This document shows positions 13,114-26,849 of a DNA stretch of 64,000 bases, piece after piece. This DNA comes from Antedon mediterranea (lineage: Eukaryota; Animalia; Echinodermata): assembly GCF_964355755.1 (NCBI RefSeq), contig NC_092675.1, positions 27,438,912-27,502,911 on the forward strand. Reading direction: 5' to 3'. Within the stretch, counting starts at the first letter, position 1. The number at the start of each line of letters is the position of its first letter. A program made the position numbers and the translations under genes. The notes beneath the pieces are model-generated. The model did no database searches. It was given only the letters and a program-made list of their open reading frames with translations, and was not told where the DNA came from.

Positions 13114-16100
13114 AGATGTCTTTAACATCCCTCCTCTACCTTCCTAACTTTTTTTAATTACAGTGTGAAAAATACTTTCAGTTCAGTGTTCTATTTCATC
13201 ATGTGTACTGTAGGCCACTGTCATTTATTTTTAAATATTTTTTTTATGTTAGGCACTGAAAGTTTTTCATGTTTCAGTTTGCTTTTTATTTAAAAAAAAA
13301 TTAAATTAGTTTTCATATTTAGTGAATTAGTAAACAATATTACTTTAGTTGTAGAGAAAACAAACATTTAAACAATTGTGTTCTAAAGAAGAAGTATGAT
13401 TTGTGAAGCCAATTTTTCCATGAATTTTATGGTTCTTTCACACCTGTTCCGGCACAGTTCGGGATCGGCCCTGGCAAATAAAATTGAACATCAATGTTTC
13501 GTTTCACAATAATATGGCTATGCACTAATTGATATGCGCATAGCCGCATGAAAACAAAACATTGACATTCAATACGACGGAGCCGGGCCGGAACCAGAAC
13601 AGGTTTGAAAGACCCCTCCTTATTCAGCTCTTTCACTTCCTCTTCATGATGGAAAAACAAACGGAAGGAAATAGATAGCTATTAAATATAATAAATTATT
13701 TGTTTGGTTTTTATATTTTGAACTAAAAGAGGAAACATTAATAGATAAATGTAGACATGCAAATAGCAAAAAGAATAAAATACATGTGTATTACATTTTT
13801 ACTTTACTTTTTTGTTATTAATATCGCATTTGGAAAATAAATTTGATATTCAAACTTAAAAAATTATAATTGATTTGAACGACTTTACATATGGTTGAAT
13901 CAACAAATGCTTTATTTATGGTAATGTATATTCTCAGTAGTAAATATGGTATCTGGGATGACGGTTGCAATAATTACAGTTTTTTTTTTAAATGGCTTAA
14001 GAAATTGTATGAATTTGTAGGGTAAATGCAAAATCGAGATGGATCTATTGTCAATTTTTACTATTCAGAACACCAAGGCTAGCCAAAATAATTGGGTTTT
14101 TTTTCTGGTGTTGGAGAGTTTCTGGTTTTCAGAATCTGAATAAGACAACTAAACATGAATAAGCAAAACACTCAATCAATACATAATTCAAAACACCAAG
14201 CCTTCTATAAAAAAACTAGGCCTTCAATTATTTATTCAATTTTTTGATTACAATACTCTTTTGACAGTAATAATAATAATGTAGTTTTTAGTGGTAAATA
14301 TTCACATTTTTTAGTGTAATATTAATTCTCTGAAGCAGGTCAAATTTTGCTAATAATAAAATATTTTTACCCATATTTTTGTCAAATTCTAGCAATAAAA
14401 CAAGTCATTTAGCAACAGAACATTAAGACTCCGTGTGTAAAAGAGAAACAGATTGTTACTGTGAGGCTAAGAAAAACATCATACAATAATTCTGAACAAT
14501 GTATTCAATTACAGATTTCTGAAGCGCACAACATATTAACAAATTAAGGAATATTTAATTGGGTTAATTGCACAAGTGCAGCTAACCTTGATAATACAAA
14601 CTTTTCAGATCTTACTTTTTTAATATTTCATACTCATCCAACAGCGAGCACAAACTCGCCAATTACAGGATGGACAAACTATTTTATAATTTAACTTAGG
14701 CTACTTGCCTAATTGTTGTCATTTGAGGGTGCTGTGTCATGGAAACACCATTAATGGATAGGGGAGCATCCTTAGAAATGTTATTCTATAGTGTCAGCCT
14801 ATAATAAATATATACAGTACTACAATAAAATTACATTTGTTTCATGGTGAAATTTTATGCAAATATTACACTTGCTCATTGTAGGAAGAGTGAGTTAATT
14901 CATAGAAATCATAGTGAACTGTGATAAATGATCAATTATTATTCCAGCATTCTCATAACAGAATTTAAAATGGTGTTAAAAACATTAAAAAAAAAGAAAA
15001 TTTTGATGTAGGCCAACTATAGCCATGTTAAATTTCTAGAGCAATCAGACAATACACTTTATCAAAGGAATTGGTAAAGAACCCCAAAAACATATTGACA
15101 TTTTTTATATTCATTTCTTTTTTATATTTATAGATACGTATTTATTATATTATCACCTACATACTGTGGGGTTTGGTACCTCACTTTGTCCTAAAATCTG
15201 TATTCAAAAAAATTTTAGAATAATGGTAAGAATGCCATTTCAAAAGCATTGTCATGTGACGAAGTACATGGAACTAGCATTTCAATTAATTGAAATGGCC
15301 TAATTTTACAATAGTTATTAAGATCAATTTGCTAAAATGGTTTTTGGAAATCTATTGCTGAAATTAAATTGAAGTCTTTAATATGGGTTTTTTTTGTTTT
15401 TTCATTTCTTACAATTTCAGATAAAGAACAGATGGAGTCAACAAAGTGATCCATTTTCATAATAATTAATTAAAATAAAATAAAACTTAATTTATATGAT
15501 TATTGAATATTGATGATTTTTTGGTGAATTTATTTTTCATGAAACATGTACGTATGGCGAATTATTTATAGCTTATTGTGAACATTGAAATTTAATTGAA
15601 CACAATTTCTAAATATACAGTATCATTTATATATCTTGTATGCATTTTATTTAAATGTTATTAAATAAAGTATACTAAAATTACCATTATGATAAATAAT
15701 TATATTATTCTCATTATACCATGTGTTTTGTTATTTGTTTCATGTATTTCTTTTTGAGAGCTTCTCGACTATTATACATTTATAAGTCACAATTTTGCTT
15801 CATTAATCTACCATGTTCTGTTTTGATGCTATGTAGCAAATTCAATTAAATTTATATTTATTTAGCATGGTTCTTAACATTTTTTGTATTTGTGAGACAA
15901 AAAATGATGAACAAACATAAATAACATAAACAGTTTATATAAATGTTATCACAATAAGCAGAAGAAGGGAATTAGATAATTTTGGATTTATAAAAGTCTA
16001 GTAAAAACCTGCTCAAGGTTGAATAAAAACTTGCTTGTTGAAAATGTATGCAGCATTTTGTTTTTGTAAATCGTTAAAGTTAAGAGTGAATAACTTAATG

Positions 16101-16961
16101 CAATAGGAAGACACACATACTACTTTGTGACAATTATGCTGCAGAACATTAATCTATTAAAATTTTCACCCGAAGACTTTTACTAAATCAAATCAACATT
16201 GGATGATCCGTCACTATGAAACGCATAAGCGCAGAATAAAAACCGCTATACGCCTAGAGAATTTGCAGATTTTTGGAATAGAACTTCCTGACACAATGTT
16301 GAATTAATCGATATTTTAAGTAAAAGGCCATTAATTTGATGAAATTAAAGATAAAAATGATTAGTTCTAGAAATCCATTAATAATATTATCCTTCAATAG
16401 GTCAATTTGGTGCACTTCTCGATTATTATCCTACGCTAGCTATTAAATATTAAATATACCTCATTACCGCAAGTAATGTCCTTTTAATTAATTCTTATCG
16501 AGTAAAAGTATCACATATCAGTGATTTTGTAATTGTATACTTACTTAATTTTCAAATTATTAGAAAATAAAATGATGGGAAAATACTGTATAATATCCAT
16601 GGGAGGAGTATCCAGGATTTTGTAATGGGTGGGAAGAAATGAGAAGACCTTAACAACTGTAAAATTCAGAAGACCCTAACAATTGTAAAATGAATTACTC
16701 AAAACTTATTTATGTCCTATTGCTATTTTAAAAATGTATTTTTTATTATTTATTTACCATTTTTAAAGATGATAACCTATGCAGATTCTTCATTAAAGAA
16801 ACTGCTTTTAAGGGGTACCCTACTCTAATAATTTAAATAAAATATCTCAATATAAAAACACACAAGGCAAAAACAATACAACATTTAGGGAGATCAGGCT
16901 GGCTAGACATTCCTTGTGGGGAGGGGGGGCGCAAGTTGCGAAATTAATTTCTGAACTTAAA

Positions 16962-17310
16962 GACACTAAATCTATGTTTTTTACCTAATTTAAGGTTACC
17001 CACTATATTTTATGTAAAAATAAATACCATATGGACCTATTGCAATATTTTTTTTCATTTTTAAAAGGTTACAAATTTGAAAATTAAGTCGATTCTAATA
17101 GTGGCCCGCTATAAATCCCAACATGCATCACGCACGGATTGATATTTTCATATTGTGATGTGATGCAGCCACTTCGATCAATCGCGTTAAAGGGTAAACA
17201 AATAAAAGAACCGTAACTTTTCAGCTAAAATACCAGATCTTGCCAAATTTGTATTAATGGAATCTGCAAAAAAAGGAAAGACAATTAATTCAGCAACGTC
17301 AGGCTAGGCC
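16962..17310. mobile_element. Older, diverged relative of the 30070 Kolobok-type MITE (partial)
   Basis: Shares gtcgattctaata..ggcccgctataaatccca, gatattt and tcaggctagg blocks with 30070-30692. Confidence 0.6.
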
Positions 17311-18232
17311 TATAGTCAAAATAATACCCTGAGGACACTTCCAACACACCAACAGCAACCGGGAATTCACAAAATTTTAGGATTCAGCCAAGTAGCCTTT
17401 TTTGTAATTAAAATCTCATTACACGGAATCTCTTCGATGTTATACAACACACTTCTTGTAGGCGTGTTGAATATGCGTGTAATAGCGTGTTGTATAAACG
17501 GGGCCTTATATCAACAATTTCATCTTCAGCGTTTTTACTACACAGTCTATGATATTGATACATGATACTGTATCTATTAAGCAAGAACACGTCTTGTCCT
17601 GAGGACATCAGGCATACATAATTTATGAATTGAATCAACCGATTTTTATATTATACAATTTGTTTGATAAAATTATGCATTGCATACTAAGATGCTATAA
17701 ATTGATTTATACCAGGTACATATAAACATTCACATTGTCTTCTTATATGGCATTTTGCCAAGTAGCCTATATTACTTGCTTTGTACTTGCTTCTCCACAA
17801 TATTTCAAGTAATTGTTTATTTTTAGAAATATAGAAAGACAGACCATGCCTATTGATTTTCAAGAAGCAAACATATTTGGCACATTTGGCAATGTGACCC
17901 CACTCTATGACTCCACTCCTATCCCCAACCCCTCAAAGTGGGTAAAAACATTCTGGAATGTTTTAGGACAAGATTTCTTCGATTTTTAGGTTGCTTTGCT
18001 AGGCATGATAAACAAAATATTTTGAAGTTTTAAAGCGCTTTGAAAAAAAAAAAAAAATGTTGGTTTAATTATATAAAGATTGACAATAATTGTGAAATGG
18101 CATGAGATATTAGGTGTGTGGCATAAGAAGTCAAGAAGCTTGAGCCTCACGCCAGATTTGAGAAACTTGATGTGTGTGTGCTTTTTTGTAATTCTCACAT
18201 TCTCTATACATAAACTCAACTACTGTATGTTA

Positions 18233-19049
18233 GGCCCTGTTTCTGCTGCCAACTAAATACCGTATATTATACGGTATTTTTTGAATACCGTATATATACG
18301 GTATATTTTTGGCAGCAGAAACTGCGCTCATAAAAAATATACCGTATTTTGTATACCGTATTTTCCCCACAAAATTTGTGGATAAAATACGGTATTTACA
18401 AATTTATACCGTATTTTTTGTACCCGTTTCTGCTGCCAATAAAAAATACCGTATTTTTTTTTTACATGACAAAAGGTCAACATTCGTGTTTTTATTTTCT
18501 GTCGCTGTCAGCTGCTTTTTCACACGTGTATAGATATATTCGGCGAAAATGTGGAGCGAAGACGTCACAGTTTTACTAAATAAATGTGTGTGGGGAAGCT
18601 AAAATGTCTGGCCAACTAATAAAAGGGACAACCACATTTATAAAGACATTTCTAAAAAAATAAAGCAGGAGTATGGAATAGACTTGTCTCCAAAGCAAGT
18701 AAACTCAAAGCTGAAGAGCCTGCGAAAGCAGTACAACATTGCAAAATACAATAACTCGGGGAGGGAACGAATTAATTGTCCCCATTACGATGTTTTCTGT
18801 GCTCTCACAACATCTCTATCACTAGGGCTAGGCTGTTGAAAGTGAGACGTAAAACTTCCTTTATTGCGACTTTTAATTATCGACCAAATAAATGAATGGC
18901 AATTTGGGTAAAAAAGATGAAATTTAACACGACCACCCAAGAAGTATTGTTAGCAGAAACGGGGTACTAAAAAATACGGTATAAAAAATACCGTATTTTA
19001 TACCGTATTTTTATACCGTATTTTGAGCAGTTGCAGCAGAAACAGGCCC
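18233..19049 (+). mobile_element. Non-autonomous PIF/Harbinger element with a Myb/SANT-like ORF remnant
   Basis: TTA TSD (18230-18232, 19050-19052); TIR ggccctgtttctgctgc / gcagcagaaacaggccc; many subterminal ATACCGTAT motifs. Confidence 0.85.
18549..18800 (+). pseudogene. Myb/SANT-like (trihelix) DNA-binding domain remnant of a Harbinger second ORF
   Basis: Reads MWSEDVTVLLNKCVWGS*NVWPTNKRDNHIYKDISKKIKQEYGIDLSPKQVNSKLKSLRKQY.. followed by a ..CPHYD block; stop at 18600-18602. Confidence 0.7.
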
Positions 19050-19608
19050 TTAGTTACACCAAGGAATTTTCTCATATCATAGGTCACTGTAATTGCCATA
19101 TTTATTTGCTATTAAGCATGTATTTAATGTGACGAAATTAATAAATAACTTTAAGTATAGAATATCAAATAATCTACAACCCTACCTGCTGACAACAGTA
19201 ATAACTAACAGTTTTGATGTTCATAAAAGTCAGCTTATCAGGCTTATAGTGAAAAATATCGCGGTAATTTAATATGAAAATTATATTAACTGTAAGAAAC
19301 ATCTATCAAATAAATCAACTAAATAGAATTAAATTTTCCAAGAAATTTATTAAAACGATTTATCTGTAGGCTTCGAAGAGGGGGTGCTAGAGGCCCAGGA
19401 GAAAAGAGGAAAGAAGATCAGATGTCTTAAACTGGGTATTTCAAATTTGTTAGCATTTATTACTGACTATTACCGACGTATTTTCCTATATATTTTTATG
19501 ATGAAATCTTCAACCCAAATGTAGGGTAATGAAATTCTAACTACTATAAATTCATAATTCTTCAATTAGTTATTGTAGTTCGTATAATTGAAAGTAAGTA
19601 ACATACTT

Positions 19609-19730
19609 AACAAGGCCATATACATGGCTGCAGTCGCGTGCTCAAATTTGAGTTAGTGTTTACCGACCAACTGACTGACCAACCGACCGACATAGTGAGC
19701 AATAGACTCGCGTTTGTACGCTACTAATAA
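19609..19730 (-). mobile_element. Short Helentron/HINE-like element (second family)
   Basis: AACAAG end with GCCAT-atac-ATGGC stem-loop, sub-terminal agtcgcg motif, (GACC/GACT)n microsatellite, degenerate palindromic other end. Confidence 0.45.
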
Positions 19731-21502
19731 TTGAATCATGGCCCTGGTGGAACAATCAGGAGCTTTCGATCTGTAAAAATATGTCATGTTAGTTAATTTT
19801 GTGCGCATGCGGAAATATTGGGGAAATGTTTCCTCTATCTCCACCTTGACACAACTTTGATATGTTTTCTAGGTCCAGACGACCGACGATACATCAATTG
19901 ACCTGACCTAGGTTGGTCATCGGTCCTCGGTCGTTGCAAATCGAAAGTTTTCTATTAACTCCAGTACTAAGTGTAGCTGAGTTAGCTTGGGTAGTTGACC
20001 AAGTTAAATGAAAGGTTTTACATTGGACATATTCTGGTCAAACTTGCTGGCCACTCAGTTAGTTATAAAATCCAGTGCGCATAATGCAATGGTAATTGAA
20101 CTATCCAATGATGCAGTGTACCATCTTCCCTACATTTTTAATCATCTTCTTAATATCTTTATAAGCAAAAATACCCATATATAGAAATCATCCCTAATTG
20201 ACGATAACAGTAACACACACTCAAACCCAGGCTGTACTGTAATCATTAAGTCAGAAATTTAATTTTCCATATTTTTCAACCAAATATGATTAAAATGGAA
20301 ACATGCTAAAATCCAATTGTAAAATGGTAAACCAATTCCATTAAACTAATGTTGAATCTATAAAGAACAGAATAACTACCCTGGGAATTATCCAGGGACT
20401 TATGCAACATAGAGTGTTTGGGATAGGCTAAGAAACATTATTTAATCATGGTAAAATGTGTTTTTTGCATCTCCGTAAATTTAAGATATTAATAATTCAA
20501 CTGATACTGTCTTATCCAATTATATGTTTGATTATTGTCATGGAGTTATTCTTTACTCCATGTTATTGTATTAATACACTGGAAAATAATTTTCATCTTA
20601 AACTGGTCATCCATATAAATGGTCACGTTTCTTTAAAAAACCTTATACTAGGACGATAACGAACAACGATAAGATAAAATAATCATTCATTTTTGTCTAA
20701 AGAAAATAAGAAATGTTTTCATCCCAGAACTATTATGAATAACCATTTCTTACTGTCTTTGAAGAAAACAACGATACAATGATTAAATTTGATTCAAATG
20801 GCTGTAGGAATAATTTTTTAGGCAGCAGCAGAAACAGAGTGCAAAATGTAATTCCAGTCAAGTGAAATTTGCTTAAGAACACTCACTTAATTGAGTGTTA
20901 TCAGTACAGTTATCAACGTACAATTTTTAGCTGCAATGCAAAATATTGATTATTTTGATTGACAGTCCTCATTTTTCTTCCAAGACCTCATATTGAATAC
21001 ATTTTTAAAAATGCAGTCCATTGTTAAATATGTAATTTAACTTGAAATAAAACTGATATTCTGAGTTATTGACAGAAACACACCCAGAATGTTATCAAAC
21101 AAAGATATTAATTTTGTAATTATACGGTACTTAAAAAATCCATAAATTTGAACAACAAAGGAAAACCTATCTTGTCGGCAGAAAGAAAGCATCTAAGAAA
21201 TAGTATTGTTATGTATTTCTAAAGATGTTTAGACATTGTATAATAGGTTTTATAGTACCAATCATGTGAAAAAATCAATTACTATGCAAGAATATTAATT
21301 TTGTTAGTGAACAATGGAGAAGAACTACTGTATAGATTATGAGTAAAGTTCCTTTTTTTATGTATTTTTTTTCACATTTTACGCTATATACAACACGCTG
21401 ACGAAGAGCAGGTTGCACACCATCAAAAACATCGCAAAAGAAGAACCGGGTTACTTGTCATGAATAAATCTTTGAACTTAAAGACCCCTTCCCTACCCCT
21501 AC

Positions 21503-21940
21503 GCATACGGCCATACTGCGTTTAAAGACCGGTTCTCGTCAGATCACCAAAGTTAAGCAACGTTGGGCCCGGTTGCGTTCTGGATGGGAGACTGTCTAGA
21601 AATCGCGGCGGGTGCTGTAAATACTGGAGAGGATGGTGTAATGGTAATATCGGACTAGCATGTGATAGTCATGGGTTCGAGGTTTGTACCATACTAATTG
21701 CATCCTTAGGCAAGATGCTTTACTCTCATTGCCTCATCCTTCGGATGGATGTAAAGCCGTTGGTCCCGTGTACTTAACAGTGCATGTTAAAGAACTTGGT
21801 ACACTATTCGAGAAGAGTAGGGGATCGTCTCCCAGTGTGCTGATATGGTAGGCGTTGCACTGCTGGCCGCCGTGGGTCCGTGGAGGGCCTAATCCGAATT
21901 TCCTTGAGGACAAATATAAATACCTTTACCTTTACCTTTA
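21503..21940 (+). mobile_element. Chimeric 5S+tRNA+CORE-like+Deu SINE (second copy), inserted into the end of a truncated Kolobok MITE
   Basis: 5S-like ~21503-21620; tRNA-like ~21626-21692 (TGGTGTAATGG...GGTTCGA); Deu-like ttcggatggatgtaaagccg..gaagagtagggga; tail tacctttacctttaccttta. Flanks 21482-21496 and 21941-22092 match the 30070 MITE. Confidence 0.85.
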
Positions 21941-22747
21941 TATTTAAGATCAAAAACTATATTTAATGTAAAAATAATACTACATTATATGGTCCTATTG
22001 CGATAACTTTTTTCATCTTTAAACGGTTAAAAATGTGAAAAATAAGTCAATTCTAATAATTATAGCGGCCCGCTATAAATCCCAAATGCATTGGATTAGG
22101 TCCTTTACGGATCAACAGCAGCCATAGTGCAGCGCCTACCATGGAGGACAGTGGCCAAGAAGGACCAGTATGGTACCTAAATAGATAATCTCTTACTCTT
22201 CAAAAAGATGGCATATTCATTTCACAAATCTTAAAAATACACAATCACCCCTAATCTATTGTTCATGCTCTTATACACAATATACTGGATCCACCCCTGC
22301 CACCATCTTTAAGCATGTTTAATAGAAATATTACAAAACAATGTAACATAGTAAATTACATTTTTTAGTTTTTAAAGATGAATGTTAACATCATTTGACA
22401 TTCTCTATTTTGGTTAGAAATGTTTTTAAAAACATGATTCCATTTAACTTTTAGCCTTTAATTATACATACAAATCTATTCTTGATCAATCCAATGCAAA
22501 GCTACAGTACCTTCCTAAACCACATTCAATTCAAATTGATTTCAATTTCAATAGAATAACATATGGGCATGACCATAGAGTACAGTAATATACAGTAAAA
22601 TCTCTATGGTATGACATTTGAAATTACTGATTCATAGCACACACTATCTGCTTGGTTGGTAGGTGGCAGCAGGTCAGAGTTCATGTAATCTGGAAATACT
22701 ATCAACACAAAGATCAAAATGTCGACCCTAATACTAGCTGTATCTAA

Positions 22748-23190
22748 AGCCCTGTTTCTGCTGCATATCACCAATATACGGTACGGTGTATTTGAAATAT
22801 ATGATTGGAATATACTGTACAATATCTACAATCAAGATAAATATACGTCCTATAGGTCCTGTTTCTACTGCCAAGTATATACCGTATTTACCATAGTATA
22901 TACGGTATATTTTTGGCAGCGGAAGCGGCGGTCACAAAAAATATAACATATTTTCGCTACCAAATTTGTGGATAAAATACGGTATTTATAACTATATACC
23001 GTATTTTGGGTACCCATTTCTGCTACCAATAAAAAAAAAATACCTTCTTTTATATTATACCGTATTTTGAGGAAATGCAGCAGAAACACAGGCCCATATA
23101 CCCATTTTGCTGCCACAAAAACATACTGTATATAAATGTACCACCTTGGCCTACAGATTACGGTATATTCTTGAAAGCAGAAATAGGGTC
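22748..23190. mobile_element. Harbinger-type MITE (ATACCGTAT family)
   Basis: TAA TSD; ends agccctgtttctgc / gcagaaatagggtc; internal blocks match 18233-18460. Confidence 0.75.
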
Positions 23191-26100
23191 TAAAGACTTT
23201 GTGGGATAGTAAAAATGAACAAAAACCATCTGTAGGAAAATTTATATGAGTTGTGGGTCACATGTGAAAGAATACGGTACTAAATATACGGTAGTGCAGT
23301 ATACAATAATACTAATGTATCAAATATGCCTCTGGGTTTACGTAAAAGCTTAATTTTGCGTCATTATAAAGACGAAATAGATCATAACGGACAATGGCAA
23401 GCTTACCTTTCATATCATCACTTCCTGTTAAACAACATAAAAATAGTTTACAAGGGGTCAAAATACAGGTTTAATTGGAATAGCATTCTCTTTTTGTTTT
23501 TATAGCATCATTTAATGGCCTATTGTGATAAATTTGAGAGAAAAACAACAGAAATGAAAAAATTAAAGTATAAGTAGGGCACGCCAATCAGTGATCAATC
23601 ACAAATGACTAAATCATAATGTCCTTGATTTGGAAGGAGGAAAACCTAACTAATTATTCACTAGAATGGAACACACTGTAGCGAGATGAAATGTCATTAC
23701 CTAATTAGTCATTTTTCTTTGGGAAAAATTTCAAATAATGTACTTTCAATTTCATCGAAGCGTAAAAATTAAATGTTTAATAAAAGAATGATGACAAATA
23801 TATATTAACTCTATACAGTACATCCTAATCCTAAATTGTGTGAATGTCAGTACATCATTAGTCATTTTTCTTTTGGAACAATTTCAATTAAAGTACACTC
23901 TAAATTTAATTGAAGCGTAAAAATTAAATGTTTACAGTATGATATGTAGAAACAATCATTTTGTTAACATTTCAAGCCATTTTCTTCTTTTGGCTAATTT
24001 TAAATTGATTGAAGGGTAACAATTATTTATAAAGATCTTAATTAAAAATAATATTAAATCTACATTTCACTGTAGTAAAACATTATTTGTTACAATTTCG
24101 AACTGTTTGACCTTCATCATTTAAATTGAAAATTTGAAAAATACAGCTGTCAAGCGAGAGTAAATTTTAATAATATTAAAATATATTTCCTTTGTTTGAA
24201 TAATGAAAAAAAGTTCAAAATGTCATGTAGTAGATGGTCATACAGCTGCAGATAAAATTAATATCATAAAAATAATGTAATGAAAAAAAAAGTGTCCACA
24301 ATATACTCAAGGAGAATAGTTTTCTTTAATATTATAACTAAATTTTACATATTAATGTTGTTTTACAGTAAGTTGACCAATTCCAATTCGAACATTGTTA
24401 AATTAACCAACACCAATGTTTATTTCTAACACCGCCTGCTCGGTAGAACTTACCTTGGTCTCGGTAAAACTAACAATGCTGACGTGTCGGACTCAGTTTT
24501 TAAAAAAGACTTTCACCATGCGATTCAATCGTAGCTTTTAACATCACGGTAAAACTAACTATGTGAAATCATGCAAGTGCAAACAGTAGTAAAATTTACT
24601 GGTTAAATTTATCATTTTCAAGTCCTGTGCGAACAGGCTTAAGTCAGCAGCTTGTTATAAGAAACACACTAAATACTTCTAATAAAGCTGCAAGAACTCA
24701 GGAATCTGGGATTGGTAGCAACCATGAAGCTGCCTCATTTACTATAGCATTGTGCTACAGGGCCAAACAGAGGGCTTTGACAACCCTTGGCCCACACAAG
24801 GGATTGTTCTCTTTTATTTTTTGTCGGCCACCCACACCACTTTAATTCTTGTGACTATGGCATTGCTATTGCTATATTTTATTTAAAATCCTTGTTTTAA
24901 CATTTAAAGTTTTTTTTTCCAGAACCATCTTATATCACCCAACTTTGTTCCTTAATATGTTCGATCTCGTCGCCTTTGCTCCTCTAACAAATCATTGCTA
25001 CCTGTACCAAGTTTCTGCAACTAAGATATATGTTACAAACTCCTTTTCCTTTGTTGAACGATTTTCCAAATTTTGTCAAACTTTCACCCTCTTTTGACTC
25101 AAATTATTTAAAAGCTCATTTATTAGGAAATTTCATGATACAACGTTGCCTTTAATCATTTTGGTGTGGGGGTAAGGAATAATATTTTTATTTAATAATA
25201 CTATTTTTAGTTCTTTGTAATACAATCTCTTTTCTCTTTCAATCTCATTTTGTTTTTATTTTAAGTGCTTTGGGACAATCTGGTGATTGTTAAAAAAAGC
25301 CCTATAGTATTCCATTATACTTTTATGTTCAAATTACAATATCAACAATTAAACGTTTTTAAGCATTAAAAAAAAATTAGCATTAATTACAGAAATTTGA
25401 AATCGACAAAACGTAGTGGAACCAAACAGATGAAATAATCATTAATTCAATATTAGTATGAACTGTACACTATCAAACTAGTTTGACAAAAAAGTGTGAT
25501 GTGTCCAAATTTGGTAGTGATATGCTTAAAATATGGTAGTGAGGTAGATGACATCATCATGTCCATATATGGGCACATCACATTTTTTTGTTTGATAGTG
25601 GTCGACAGAAAATATGTCCTGATCAATGTTTAAACTAATTGTCTTATAAATTTGTAATATACAGCTCATTACATTTTAACATAAATATTACATTATTTAA
25701 ATGAAAAGATACATGTCAATTAGTCTATGCTTGATGTGATGTTTAGATTGCGGATATCAGTTTCCAGAAAAATGAATATTATTAGTAAGACTATTAACAG
25801 GCAGAGCCAATTTCAATGGCTAGTTGGAAGTGTAGGCGCTATTGCATATGTACTAGATTTCAGCCATTTTGCTAATGGTACTTTCTTTTAGGACTTTTGA
25901 TAACATTCAGTAAGTAATTACGTAAAGACTCATTTCAACTTAACTCTCTTTAGGAACTCCAAGCATTTAAAGGTCTCATAACAATGTATCACATCCTGTT
26001 ACATGAGGCTTAAAGGGCTTCATTTACGTAAGACATGGTTCGGTTGAAGCAATTATAAACATTATTTTCTCATTTGTTGAGTAGTGTTATTCTTGAAACT

Positions 26101-26705
26101 CTTCTCTATTGTGCTGCAATATCCTATAAACACACATCAACTATTAAGCTCTCTGTACACTATAAAACTAGTTTGATGTGCCCAAATATAGTAGTGATAT
26201 GATGTCATCATGGCCAAATATGGTAGTGATATGATGTAATCGTGCCCAAATATAGGCACATCAAATTTTTTTTAATATAAAGTTTGAGGGTGTAGACAGA
26301 GCTTTAGCCTAAAAAGGTAATTTTTATTCATTGGTTGAGCATGGCCCTAAAGAGTCCATCTGAGCATTTCAGTGAGCAACATTTACAAACATCTTGTTGT
26401 TGATATATAATAACAGGTTAGGTAGAATTTGATTTGTAGGTCTTGTCTAAATTTATTAAAAACACTTTTGGTTTTTGTTCAACTCTTTTATTAACTAGTC
26501 TCCCAGATGTTTCAGTGTCATCACTGCTTTCCACTGTGACACCCTTGGAAAGACTGTTAAAGTACAAACAAATTTAACTAGACCTAAAATTTAAGGTACT
26601 TTTAAATCTTTAGGCATGAATTATTTCCAAATGGGTCCGTAACCAGTGACAAAGTATACTGTATGGTCTAATTTATAAATTGCCAGTTAACAGCAATAGA
26701 GTAAT

Positions 26706-26849
26706 GCTCTGTCTACACTACCAAACTAATATGTAACAACAAAAAAATGCTGTTCCTATATATGGACAGGATGACATCCTATGACTACCATATTTGGGCA
26801 CATCAGTTTGTTTTTTTCAAACTTTAAATTTGATAGTGTAGACAGAGCC
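26706..26849. mobile_element. Small (~150 bp) Harbinger-like MITE family; other copies at ~25462-25600, ~26147-26303, ~49517-49677, ~57563-57655
   Basis: TIR gctctgtctacacta / tagtgtagacagagc; TWA-like flanks; internal ccaaatatggtagtgatatg repeats shared by the copies. Confidence 0.75.

Noticed and set aside
21503-21620. Functional 5S rRNA gene
   Set aside because: The 3' half is diverged, there is no T-run terminator, and it is fused to the same SINE body in both copies.
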